From: a virus
Lineage: Duplodnaviria; Caudoviricetes
Strand: one strand, 5' to 3'
Length of the DNA stretch: 40,203 nt
IMG/VR virus record: IMGVR_UViG_3300005805_000185
Location: 1-40,203 of that record
Part shown: piece by piece, positions 8,147-16,475 of the stretch
How the letters are laid out: each line of letters begins with the position of its first letter
How positions within the stretch are numbered: the stretch's first letter is position 1
The notes under the pieces: generated by a model
Databases searched by the model: none
What the model saw: the letters and a program-made list of their open reading frames with translations, nothing else
Told to the model about the DNA's origin: nothing
Translations under genes and position numbers: made by a program

Positions 8147-9096
8147 TTGCTGCCTTTCTTTTTAATTTTACTTACATCAGCTGTTGCTGATGCACCAATT
8201 GTAGCAAGGTCTATCAAGCTACCGCCAAAGATATAACTACCGACGTGCTGGAGCTTCATCCAAGGACACAAATAGCCACGACCACCCATCTTAGCTACAT
8301 TATAACAAAACATATAATCTTCAGACAAGTAACGCTTAGATGCTCCTTCTTTCTTATCCAGCATCTCTTTAGCACGATCCTGAAGACCTTCGACACCATT
8401 AGCGACATCATCAAGAAGCTGATGTAGTGTCTCATCACCGTAGCCGCGATCCACTACGCAGTCAAAAAAGGCATGTATTTCACGAGAACCATCAAATGCC
8501 TCTGTACGTACATGATCGGGCTTGTAGCTAAGATGGGGGTAGGCTTTTTTATAATCTTCAAATACCTTACGTCTAATCATCATAAAACCAGTACCAAGCT
8601 CTAATACCTCTACAGGCTCACCTAGAGGAATCTCTCTCTGACCTGACTTAGGATTAAATACATAGTCTCCTACAAACTTATCTAAGTCATTAGGGTTATC
8701 ATCAGCAGCCCCTTTGTCTACAGCCTGTTTAATCTTTTCCCAAGAGATACACTTCTTTGGATAAGGGCCTCCAAGAATATCATAGGGTGATTCATCAGAC
8801 ATTAATGCTAGCATGGCTACCACATCATGTGGATTAAAGCCAATATCGCTATCGATGAACATAAGGTGAGTAGCATCTGACCGAAGAAATTCATCTACAC
8901 AATAATTACGTGCACGAGTAATCAATGACTCGTTAAACAGATAGTACAATTGAAGGGGGACCTGATACTTTGCAAACAATGCTGACATATCAGCAATAGA
9001 TTTAGTATACATTCCAGCGCACTGGCCACCATACATTGGCGTAGCTAGAAATAACTTCTTTTTTCTTAGTTCTTCAATACTAATTTCAATCTTCAT
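8143..9096 (-). CDS. GT-A fold glycosyltransferase-like protein
   Basis: LATPMYGG, LITRARN, FIDSD (DxD), GTGFM, YLSEDY, HVG. Confidence 0.75.
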   Translation of the reverse strand: MKIEISIEELRKKKLFLATPMYGGQCAGMYTKSIADMSALFAKYQVPLQLYYLFNESLITRARNYCVDEFLRSDATHLMFIDSDIGFNPHDVVAMLALMSDESPYDILGGPYPKKCISWEKIKQAVDKGAADDNPNDLDKFVGDYVFNPKSGQREIPLGEPVEVLELGTGFMMIRRKVFEDYKKAYPHLSYKPDHVRTEAFDGSREIHAFFDCVVDRGYGDETLHQLLDDVANGVEGLQDRAKEMLDKKEGASKRYLSEDYMFCYNVAKMGGRGYLCPWMKLQHVGSYIFGGSLIDLATIGASATADVSKIKKKGSK

Positions 9097-9111
9097 TACG
9101 TGCTCCGTTTT

Positions 9112-9630
9112 TTAGTTATGATATTTTTTTTCATCTTCTTTAGGCTTACCAGTATTATCAAAGCCATATGAGCCGTCATATTCATGAAGCATTTCAGCAT
9201 CAAAGCTTAGATATTGACCAATCCTTGTACCTTTTTTAATTCTAGCAGCTCCAATCGTTACATGAAGTACCGCGGCCATAGTACCGTGGTAACCGCTATC
9301 GTAGAGACCAGATGTAAGAAAAAGCCCATTACGGTTAAGAGTGCTCCTCGTAATAACCCAACCAGCTTCATTCTTACCTACATTAATAATATTTTCCATC
9401 ACTACTTCATAGTGCCCCGGTTCAAGCGTAAAGTATCCATCTTGACTAGGTTTAATCTCATACTCTGTGCCGCGATGCTTCTTTTCATCATTAGAGATTT
9501 GAAAATAGTCGTTCTTAATTTTAAATACTTTATCCAACCGAAGGTCAACAGCATTAGGTTGACAATCACCGTCTTTTACTTCAGTCAAAGTAGTCCCTGA
9601 ACCAGGTCCGAGTACATGTTTCATATTCAT
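9112..9630 (-). CDS. dUTPase / dCTP deaminase family protein
   Basis: QPNAVDLRL, RSTLNRNG, DSGYHG, RIGQ, YDGSY trimeric dUTPase-fold motifs. Confidence 0.85.
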   Translation of the reverse strand: MNMKHVLGPGSGTTLTEVKDGDCQPNAVDLRLDKVFKIKNDYFQISNDEKKHRGTEYEIKPSQDGYFTLEPGHYEVVMENIINVGKNEAGWVITRSTLNRNGLFLTSGLYDSGYHGTMAAVLHVTIGAARIKKGTRIGQYLSFDAEMLHEYDGSYGFDNTGKPKEDEKKYHN

Positions 9631-10256
9631 TCAGCTCCAAAATAATATGGATTATTCACTGTCTTAAAAGAAAAGCCAGTCTTGTTTAGACGTTTATGAT
9701 TAAAATCAATCTCGAGTATACACTCTGATGGTGTTTCTACACTACCAGTAAATTTAGTAGATGAAAGGTTTAGCTTATCATCGTAAAACATAGGGCTAAT
9801 ATCATTCCTAAAAAGATAAGCTCCAAAACCATCATAATACAAACAACTAAAAGATCCGTCCATGAGGCGAAGCTCAGAAACAGACCGGTTGATAGATCTG
9901 AGAAGAAGTTCCGTATCCCATTCAATATCTTGTCCATAGCGTTCCTGAAGCTGTTTAACATAGTTAGCTTTAATAATGCCATTATGCCATAGCCTAGTAT
10001 TATTTTCCATAGCTGGATGAATGTTACCTGCTTCTTTAGCTTCTGTAGTAGGAGCTTGTACGTGAACTATTCCGTATCCATTGTTTGGTATCTCTATTAT
10101 ATCTGGATTGATAGTTCCTAACTCTCTGGCATGAATCCGAAGACCGTTAACACTATCGTAGGTGGTAAACGAATATGAATGACTGCCACGATAGCTGTTC
10201 AACTCAATAAGTTCTAAGAGTTTATCTCTATTAAAGCTTGCAACGATGGCACACAT
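9627..10256 (-). CDS. Stand-alone class II glutamine amidotransferase (Ntn) domain
   Basis: N-terminal Cys (MCAI), RG, HP, HNGII, DTE, GSFS; abuts queC. Confidence 0.82.
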   Translation of the reverse strand: MCAIVASFNRDKLLELIELNSYRGSHSYSFTTYDSVNGLRIHARELGTINPDIIEIPNNGYGIVHVQAPTTEAKEAGNIHPAMENNTRLWHNGIIKANYVKQLQERYGQDIEWDTELLLRSINRSVSELRLMDGSFSCLYYDGFGAYLFRNDISPMFYDDKLNLSSTKFTGSVETPSECILEIDFNHKRLNKTGFSFKTVNNPYYFGAE

Positions 10257-11005
10257 TATTTAATTAAATTATCCCAAGGAATGTCAATGCTGTACGGAAT
10301 AGGATCTTTAATACCTGCTTTTGCAAAATTTGCAATACGTTCGCTACAGGAAGGACACTTACCACAACTCTTACCCTCAACATCTGGATTGTAACATGTA
10401 AGAGTACACTCAAACAACACGTTACCGAGCTCCTGTGCAATTAGAATCTCTTCATATTTGGAAAGATGACTAAATGGAGCTTCCATTCTTACTTTATGAG
10501 AGCGATTTTGATCAGCTACAGCGTTCATTGAATCTACAAAACGTTGGGTAGTATCCCAGTACCCGTACTGATCATGTACTTGCAACCCAGTAAATACGTG
10601 ACTTGCCTTATTTGATTCAGCGAACGAAAACGCTAACGAATTTAAGATCATATTCCTAAACGGGACATAAGTCTTAGGTTGAGGATCTCCAAGCACATCT
10701 TTAATAGTAGGCATACTAACATTTGTACCGCCGATGTTAGCTGACACCTCTTTCACTATTTCACCTAGAATAGCCAAATCAAGAACTTTATGCTTCACCC
10801 CCAACCAACTACAAGAGGCACTTGCCATTAAAAGTTCGCGCTTTTGTTTCTGTCCATAATCATAGGACAAAGCATACACTCGTTCCTTACCGTACTTCTT
10901 TACTAGGATGTACGTAAGAATTGTAGAATCAAGACCGCCGGATAGTACTGAAACAACATTGTGTTCAGTCTCGGGCAGTTTTGCTAGTGCTTGTTCTAAG
11001 TTCAT
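10256..11005 (-). CDS. queC: 7-cyano-7-deazaguanine (preQ0) synthase
   Basis: SGGLDS, YGQ, TYVPFRN, CY...CGKCPSC zinc site. Confidence 0.95.
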   Translation of the reverse strand: MNLEQALAKLPETEHNVVSVLSGGLDSTILTYILVKKYGKERVYALSYDYGQKQKRELLMASASCSWLGVKHKVLDLAILGEIVKEVSANIGGTNVSMPTIKDVLGDPQPKTYVPFRNMILNSLAFSFAESNKASHVFTGLQVHDQYGYWDTTQRFVDSMNAVADQNRSHKVRMEAPFSHLSKYEEILIAQELGNVLFECTLTCYNPDVEGKSCGKCPSCSERIANFAKAGIKDPIPYSIDIPWDNLIK

Positions 11006-11177
11006 CTTTTAACCTTTCAACATAAACAGCTGCATCAAGTAGTTCTTCTTGTAGGTGCTGTAACCAACCAAGCAGATCGATATCTGTTCTTTCTGTTGTA
11101 ACACCGTACTTTGCATATCCTCTTTGCATTCGTTCAAGTAATGATTGACGAATGGCTTCAACATTCTTATCAATCAT
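10965..11177 (-). CDS. Small all-alpha NTP pyrophosphatase (MazG-like) candidate
   Basis: KYG...WLQHLQEELLDAAVY with EExxD; start at 11177 overlaps the queF stop (ATGA). Confidence 0.6.
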   Translation of the reverse strand: MIDKNVEAIRQSLLERMQRGYAKYGVTTERTDIDLLGWLQHLQEELLDAAVYVERLKDELRTSTSKTARD

Positions 11178-12100
11178 TGTCTTGGAGTCTTTTCGCAAAA
11201 ATGACTAGCATCAGTAATCTTACAGTTCTCCCATACCACATCAAAGCTACTACCACGTACAGGGTTAATATCAATACCACCTCGACGAGTGTACAAGCAT
11301 GTAACTAATAGCTCTTCAGGACTTAGAAGATCGTGCAACCTCTTGTAAATTACTTCACAAATCTCTTCATGAAAATGATTCTCTTTACGCATGCTTACAA
11401 TATACTTAAGAAGAGACTCTGGTGTAACGGCTTTATCACCCTTAATATGAATATATACATCGCCCCAATCTGGCTGATTAGTAACTCTGCAGTTCGAACG
11501 CAGACTGTGTGAACGCCAACGTTCATATCTTCCTATGCTCGGTACCACTTCGAGAATGTTAGCACTTTCGTTATAGATATTAAACTGCATCTTCTCTACA
11601 TTACAGTAACGTTCAAGCGAAGTATAATCACCGATCATTGGTCGAACAGTATCGACGTCACCGATAGAAATACACACATCAACCCATTTGCCTACTGCCT
11701 GTTCGAGGTCTTGAGCAATGCGTTCTTCAATGTACGAAATCTCATCCACAGAATCGATCAGTCGTGCCATATTGTAGCTGTTAAGATAAAGCTTAACCGA
11801 CTTAGATTCTACAATGTTAGGTGAATCAGATGGGTAGACAAATTTAAGCCAACCACTGACAGGGAATCCGTTGGTGAGGAGGGTAGAAAATTCATAAGCG
11901 TTCCAAGCATCGATGCCATCAAAAGGAAGATCATTATCATGAATATCGTAACCAACACGGTTAAGAGAACGAGGAACAGCAACAAGAAGAGAAGGATCCA
12001 CGTCATCAGGCGTAACGTACGGTTTAACAACAGTTCCATCACCAGCCTTTCCTAAATGTTGACTTACAAGCTTGTTAAGTAGTTCTTGATTATCCATCAT
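11174..12100 (-). CDS. queF: NADPH-dependent preQ0 reductase, bimodular type
   Basis: QueF motif ESKSVKLY, catalytic SNCRVTNQPDWG, FHEE, TRRGGIDINP. Confidence 0.95.
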   Translation of the reverse strand: MMDNQELLNKLVSQHLGKAGDGTVVKPYVTPDDVDPSLLVAVPRSLNRVGYDIHDNDLPFDGIDAWNAYEFSTLLTNGFPVSGWLKFVYPSDSPNIVESKSVKLYLNSYNMARLIDSVDEISYIEERIAQDLEQAVGKWVDVCISIGDVDTVRPMIGDYTSLERYCNVEKMQFNIYNESANILEVVPSIGRYERWRSHSLRSNCRVTNQPDWGDVYIHIKGDKAVTPESLLKYIVSMRKENHFHEEICEVIYKRLHDLLSPEELLVTCLYTRRGGIDINPVRGSSFDVVWENCKITDASHFCEKTPRQ

Positions 12101-12630
12101 CTTCCTTCTAATAAGTCCATAATAATGTTCACTCTGTTACGCACAGTACCCTTAACTCTGCGTACAGGTAGCTTTTTCCTATCAATAGTATTTTCAAATA
12201 TTTCGAGTACTTCATCTCTAAAAATAACATCGGTACTGCGCGTTCCATCATCAACAATATCGAATTCAGGCTCAATGTAGAACATGTGATCGTAATGTTC
12301 CCATACCTTATTAAAAACATCATTTACATACTTAAGAGTGCTTTGTTCAATCTGTGCGTGCTTGTACAAGTACGTAGAATATACAAGCCCGTCTAGCGCG
12401 GTTCTATCTGCAAGCATATTATCGTACATAAAAACATTTACAATATGCTCATTCATGATAAGACGCTGTGTTATATCCGTACCCTGCTCGTTTATAGGTA
12501 ACCCATAACTCTTTACCCGTCTTGTTACTTCATCACAAACAGCATAGGTTTGAAAAAACTTTTCTGAACGTAGCGCATTTAAAAGTGTTGTTTTGCCAAC
12601 AGACTGTGCACCGGTAATACCAATACGAAT
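12097..12630 (-). CDS. P-loop nucleotide kinase / AAA_28-like ATPase with probable ATT start
   Basis: Frame stays open upstream of the tracked ATG (12456) and reads IRIGITGAQSVGKTTLL (Walker A); also DRTALD and DDGTR; GAGGTG RBS before the ATT at 12630. Confidence 0.8.
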   Translation of the reverse strand: MRIGITGAQSVGKTTLLNALRSEKFFQTYAVCDEVTRRVKSYGLPINEQGTDITQRLIMNEHIVNVFMYDNMLADRTALDGLVYSTYLYKHAQIEQSTLKYVNDVFNKVWEHYDHMFYIEPEFDIVDDGTRSTDVIFRDEVLEIFENTIDRKKLPVRRVKGTVRNRVNIIMDLLEGR

Positions 12631-12639
12631 TTTACACCT

Positions 12640-13260
12640 CTACACTAAGTTGATTTGTTTAAGTGCAAACTGCCATGCAGTAAGAGATGTCATTTTAAGT
12701 GACGTGTAGACATCATCTAGTGAATAGCACCTATTTGAAACATGTACAGATTTTATAATATCCCCTTCATCAACACCAGCTGTCACTTTATGTACTACGC
12801 TACCTATAAATGGATATTTTTCTTTGTTATCCCACGTTCTCTCTTGTGGATCCTTACCTTTCAGCTCCGGATACAAATCGATGGCAGCAGGATGACCATT
12901 GTATATGGTATACTTGTCACATACATTAGGAGGAATGATTCGAAGGTAGCCATGAAGTGTAATAATAGTTCTTTCAGGGTGAAAGAAGTTACTATTGCTA
13001 AAATAGTCCATTAACTGTTGATGAGTACCATACATAACGACCTTACTGTATTGTTTTAAACTAGGACTAATCTTGTACTTGTCTTCTTTAGTATTGTTAG
13101 TTACAGTAAGATCAGGTTTACGACCTAGCAGTTTACTAAGCTCGGCTATCTCCGAACCAGTTTGACTAAAGAACGCAATCCAGGACTTATCGTACGATTT
13201 GTTTAAACCAGTCGATGTTTCTTCTAATCGTAGCTCTTGTTCGTTCATCGATATATTCAT
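12640..13260 (-). CDS. dpdN: PurN-like formyltransferase, probable preQ1 formyltransferase (start 13260 or 13248)
   Basis: FSQTGS, LHGYLRI, NGHP, GSVVHKVTAGVDEG; adjacent to dpdA and two genes from queF. Confidence 0.78.
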   Translation of the reverse strand: MNISMNEQELRLEETSTGLNKSYDKSWIAFFSQTGSEIAELSKLLGRKPDLTVTNNTKEDKYKISPSLKQYSKVVMYGTHQQLMDYFSNSNFFHPERTIITLHGYLRIIPPNVCDKYTIYNGHPAAIDLYPELKGKDPQERTWDNKEKYPFIGSVVHKVTAGVDEGDIIKSVHVSNRCYSLDDVYTSLKMTSLTAWQFALKQINLV

Positions 13261-13972
13261 TAATAAGAGTAAAAAGTTTAACTGAAGGTTTGTCTTCTAA
13301 TCCGCACACACCATCGTATTCTATACCTTTAATTCCTGCTACTACAGGGTTAGAAGTGTCAAGACTATCAATCCACTCATATCCCTTATACGATTTAAAC
13401 TCTTGAGGTAAGCCGCATCCAAGCAGATGATGAGGTTTACTTGTATTAATTATGTTATTATACAGCAGTCGATGTATAAGATCGTCGCGACCGAACATGT
13501 AATAGTGAAACTTAGTAGGCAAGTTACCATACTGATCCGCATCGATAAAAAAACTATAGTCAAAAGAGATAGCCACTTTATCAACATGAGGTTCTATCTC
13601 TTTATAACACCACTCCATTTCATCATAATTTTTACCTTGAACAACTCCGATAGACTTACAGCCGGCTACATGTTGCCACTCTTTTACATTCTTAACAGTA
13701 ACTTGAGCATCTTCCAATTTGTCAGGAATAATGTACCAAGTAGGTTGAAGGCGTTCTATCCAAGGATAAAACTTATCAGCACTAAATGCTTCACCTAGCT
13801 CAAAAATAGAATTATCGAGAATAATCTCTCGACCCTTCCCTTTAGCTTGTACAAACTTATCCCAATACTCATCGTTTTCTTCAAACAAGTGTACTAGCGC
13901 GTAATCATAGTCGGTAAGATTCTGCACTTCATCAAAAATACTAAGAGGTGCTTCATGAGCAATTTTAGTCAT
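13187..13972 (-). CDS. dpdA: TGT-like 7-deazaguanine transglycosylase (DpdA family, possibly DpdA3-type)
   Basis: ILDNSIFE, IPD, GVVQG, HLLGCG and SLDTS follow the TGT barrel motif order; que-gene context. Confidence 0.8.
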   Translation of the reverse strand: MTKIAHEAPLSIFDEVQNLTDYDYALVHLFEENDEYWDKFVQAKGKGREIILDNSIFELGEAFSADKFYPWIERLQPTWYIIPDKLEDAQVTVKNVKEWQHVAGCKSIGVVQGKNYDEMEWCYKEIEPHVDKVAISFDYSFFIDADQYGNLPTKFHYYMFGRDDLIHRLLYNNIINTSKPHHLLGCGLPQEFKSYKGYEWIDSLDTSNPVVAGIKGIEYDGVCGLEDKPSVKLFTLINEYIDERTRATIRRNIDWFKQIVR

Positions 13973-14376
13973 TCTATACCCTCAAAAGCATGTTCAACAG
14001 CCCCAATGGCACGTGCTTTTTCACGTTTCTGGTAATACGAAGTGCTAAGTCGTTTAAAAGAATGTATGATATGGTTGACCTGGGTATGATCATTAAATTC
14101 TACAATCTCTGTAACGCCAGATATCTTTTCATTAAGCCAAAGATTTTTTGGGTAAATAGCTTTTAGCGCTTCTTCTATTCCAATCATCTGCTCCATAGGA
14201 CCATACACAGTACACATTATTTTAATGTCCCACTTACTGTACTGCTCTGGTTCATACTTGAAACGATCCATAGCATCATAGCTTTTAGTGTGACCGAACT
14301 TATAAAATACTTGCTTGGTCTGCTTGTCAGTAAACCTAGCAAAGTAAACCTTACCGTTCTCAGTATCATTCTTCAT
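13969..14376 (-). CDS. GIY-YIG / T5orf172-like endonuclease candidate
   Basis: VYF...YKFGHT...DR...E...GVTE pattern; start moved to MKNDTENG. Confidence 0.55.
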   Translation of the reverse strand: MKNDTENGKVYFARFTDKQTKQVFYKFGHTKSYDAMDRFKYEPEQYSKWDIKIMCTVYGPMEQMIGIEEALKAIYPKNLWLNEKISGVTEIVEFNDHTQVNHIIHSFKRLSTSYYQKREKARAIGAVEHAFEGIE

Positions 14377-14614
14377 ACAGTTTTCTCTGTTTAAATGACT
14401 TCTCTTGTTTAGTTTCTTCTTTAAAGATTTTCCTAGGGCTTGCACAAATTATGCATTTAGGATTACCGCAGTCCATAGCATGATGTTTATTATAACGATG
14501 TTCTTCTTTTACATCTAGACCATGAGACTTAGCAATTTCAGCCTGTTTGTGAGCTGCGGCTTCATCTTTATGTCTACGCTTTGAATGTTTAATTTTAGTA
14601 TCTTCACTACTCAT
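14366..14614 (-). CDS. Hypothetical basic protein with putative zinc site
   Basis: HH-x3-C-x4-C-x2-C; GAAGGG RBS. Confidence 0.7.
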   Translation of the reverse strand: MSSEDTKIKHSKRRHKDEAAAHKQAEIAKSHGLDVKEEHRYNKHHAMDCGNPKCIICASPRKIFKEETKQEKSFKQRKLYEE

Positions 14615-14627
14615 AGTGACCCTTCAA

Positions 14628-15077
14628 TTAATGATTTTCTACCTTTTCACCTTCTTTAGTAAAGAAAGCATTAATTTTTTTATCCTTGGTCCAGCTCCTG
14701 GTGTAGTCATTATCTTGATCGCAAATCTCTATTGCTTCTTCTTCTGTAACAACTCTATGACTAATAATTTGGTTGCCTAGGAACTTTTGACTAAATTCTT
14801 TAGCCTCTTCCATTACAACTGTGTCAAGTGCCCAATCAGCTTTTCCTTTAGGAACCTGAACCATAAACCTCATTCTAAACGTTTCAACTGTTTCAACTAA
14901 TACCCATTCCTTATCTACTTCAGATTCCTTCTTAGAAAGTACGTAAGAGTCGCCTTCCTTACTCCAAACGACTGTATCGCCTACTTTCCATCCTACTTGT
15001 TCCATTAGTTCATCGGGAAAGGTAAGAATAAGTTCACCATTAAGATCTTCTACAACATTACCAGTGTAAGTGCTCAT
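14628..15077 (-). CDS. AbrB/MazE-like DNA-binding domain fused to an unknown domain
   Basis: ELILTFPDELMEQVGWKVGDTVVW swapped-hairpin signature; GGAG RBS. Confidence 0.65.
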   Translation of the reverse strand: MSTYTGNVVEDLNGELILTFPDELMEQVGWKVGDTVVWSKEGDSYVLSKKESEVDKEWVLVETVETFRMRFMVQVPKGKADWALDTVVMEEAKEFSQKFLGNQIISHRVVTEEEAIEICDQDNDYTRSWTKDKKINAFFTKEGEKVENH

Positions 15078-15101
15078 GTTATCTCCAAGTTATGGACGTT
15101 A

Positions 15102-15130
15102 ATAATATAATTAACCTACTTCCTAATCAA
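15102..15130 (-). promoter_or_regulatory. Sigma70-type promoter upstream of the AbrB-like gene
   Basis: TTGATT-N17-TATTAT on the minus strand. Confidence 0.55.
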
Positions 15131-15793
15131 GGACATGAATTCAGCACGACAATCAGGTTCGTTCCTAAAACATCCTCCGAGCTTGGCTGTCATAGTATAC
15201 GATGAACTATCTTCTACCCCTCTACTTTTCACGCAGTAATGAGTGCCTTCAATCACTACAGCAACATCTTCCGTATCAAGAATATAAGAAAGCGCATGAT
15301 AGACTTGCTCGGCAATCCTCTCTTGTACTTGAGGTCGACGAGCAAAATACTCAACAATACGATTAAGCTTAGATAATCCTAATACCTTATTCTTAGGAAT
15401 GTATGCAATATGAGCCTTACCGTCAATTGTGACGAAATGATGCTCGCAGTTACTTAGAAGGGTAATGTCTTTCTCCACTACCATTTCATCATAGCCCATT
15501 TTATTATCAATGACAGTGATCTTTGGAAAGTTCTCTGGTTTTAAACCCCAAAAGAACTCATTTACAAACATTTTAGCAACGCGTTTAGGAGTATCTACCA
15601 ACGAATCATCGTCAAGATCGAGTCCAAGGGCTATCATAATATCCCTGAACTTGTGCATAATATACTCGATCTTAAATTCGTTTGAAGCTTCAAGCTTAAC
15701 TGGAATGGTAGGAGTATGTACTCCTTTACTACGAAGATACTCTTCTACTTCAAATCCAAGATTAGCGTCTACCTTTTCTTTTTGAAAAGACAT
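15116..15793 (-). CDS. folE: GTP cyclohydrolase I
   Basis: TPKRVAK, CEHH, GLSKL, RRPQVQER, HYCVKSRG. Confidence 0.97.
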   Translation of the reverse strand: MSFQKEKVDANLGFEVEEYLRSKGVHTPTIPVKLEASNEFKIEYIMHKFRDIMIALGLDLDDDSLVDTPKRVAKMFVNEFFWGLKPENFPKITVIDNKMGYDEMVVEKDITLLSNCEHHFVTIDGKAHIAYIPKNKVLGLSKLNRIVEYFARRPQVQERIAEQVYHALSYILDTEDVAVVIEGTHYCVKSRGVEDSSSYTMTAKLGGCFRNEPDCRAEFMSLIRK

Positions 15794-15802
15794 ATAAAAT
15801 CC

Positions 15803-16465
15803 TTATACGTTATGTTTTGCGTTTTCGTTAGTAGGAGCAATCGATACTAGAGGTGTAAGTGCTAAAATTACTGCAAGTTTAAACAATGTTGAACCTGAAA
15901 CGATTCTAGCTATGGCAGTACTCCAATCCATAGCATTTCCGCCAAGTACCATAGGAAGAGTGACAAAAGCAAGTACAACAAAGATAACAGCATCAACTGG
16001 GAGACTAAACAAGTTAGATACAAACGTCCTCATCCAAGAACCATACTCCCTATCCCATAGCCACTGATATACTTTTGTGTTGACCCATTGAGATACAATG
16101 GTTGCTACTTCAGATCCAATAACAATGCCAAGTGACATTTTAAATACGGCATCGAAATTAATGCTAGGTCTAAATGAAGGTGAAGGAATAAATGTCATAA
16201 CGTACATGAACAGCGCTACTGCGACATTTAGCACAACACCAAACAATATGATACGATTTACAAATGCAGCACCGGCGAGCTTGTGAAGCATGTCCCTAAC
16301 TACAAACACTACAGCAAATAGCAGAGCACCGGCCGGGGTGACTACGTAACCCAGATCCAAGAATTTAACAGCAGCAAAATCAGCTACTGTCATAGCCATA
16401 ATTAAAGTAGAAGCAAGTGCAGCAATCCAAAGATTATTTCTGTTATCAATAATAGTTGAGTTCAT
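15803..16465 (-). CDS. yhhQ: Queuosine-precursor (preQ0/preQ1) transporter, VUT family
   Basis: About 6 TM helices; AVK, PAG...F...D, RTFVSN motifs; lies between queD and folE. Confidence 0.82.
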   Translation of the reverse strand: MNSTIIDNRNNLWIAALASTLIMAMTVADFAAVKFLDLGYVVTPAGALLFAVVFVVRDMLHKLAGAAFVNRIILFGVVLNVAVALFMYVMTFIPSPSFRPSINFDAVFKMSLGIVIGSEVATIVSQWVNTKVYQWLWDREYGSWMRTFVSNLFSLPVDAVIFVVLAFVTLPMVLGGNAMDWSTAIARIVSGSTLFKLAVILALTPLVSIAPTNENAKHNV

Positions 16466-16475
16466 TTATATCTCC

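Noticed and set aside
12640-12642. Genome-wide TAG recoding
   Set aside because: Core genes are intact under the standard code, and TAG ends cd, folE and gp47 at their expected C-termini
13187-13260. Possible dpdA-formyltransferase frameshift fusion at TTTAAAC
   Set aside because: The heptamer is not in the phase needed for -1 slippage, the downstream gene is in the +1 frame, and in-frame ATGs at 13260 and 13248 explain the overlap
12640-13260. Purine-biosynthesis auxiliary gene purN
   Set aside because: No other pur genes in the window and the gene is embedded between dpdA and queF, favouring preQ1 formylation
13187-13972. tRNA-guanine transglycosylase for queuosine tRNA modification
   Set aside because: Shorter than bacterial Tgt, lacks its C-terminal CxCxxC zinc motif, no queA/queG in the window, and lies among DNA replication genes; a DNA or nucleotide role is more likely, though not proven
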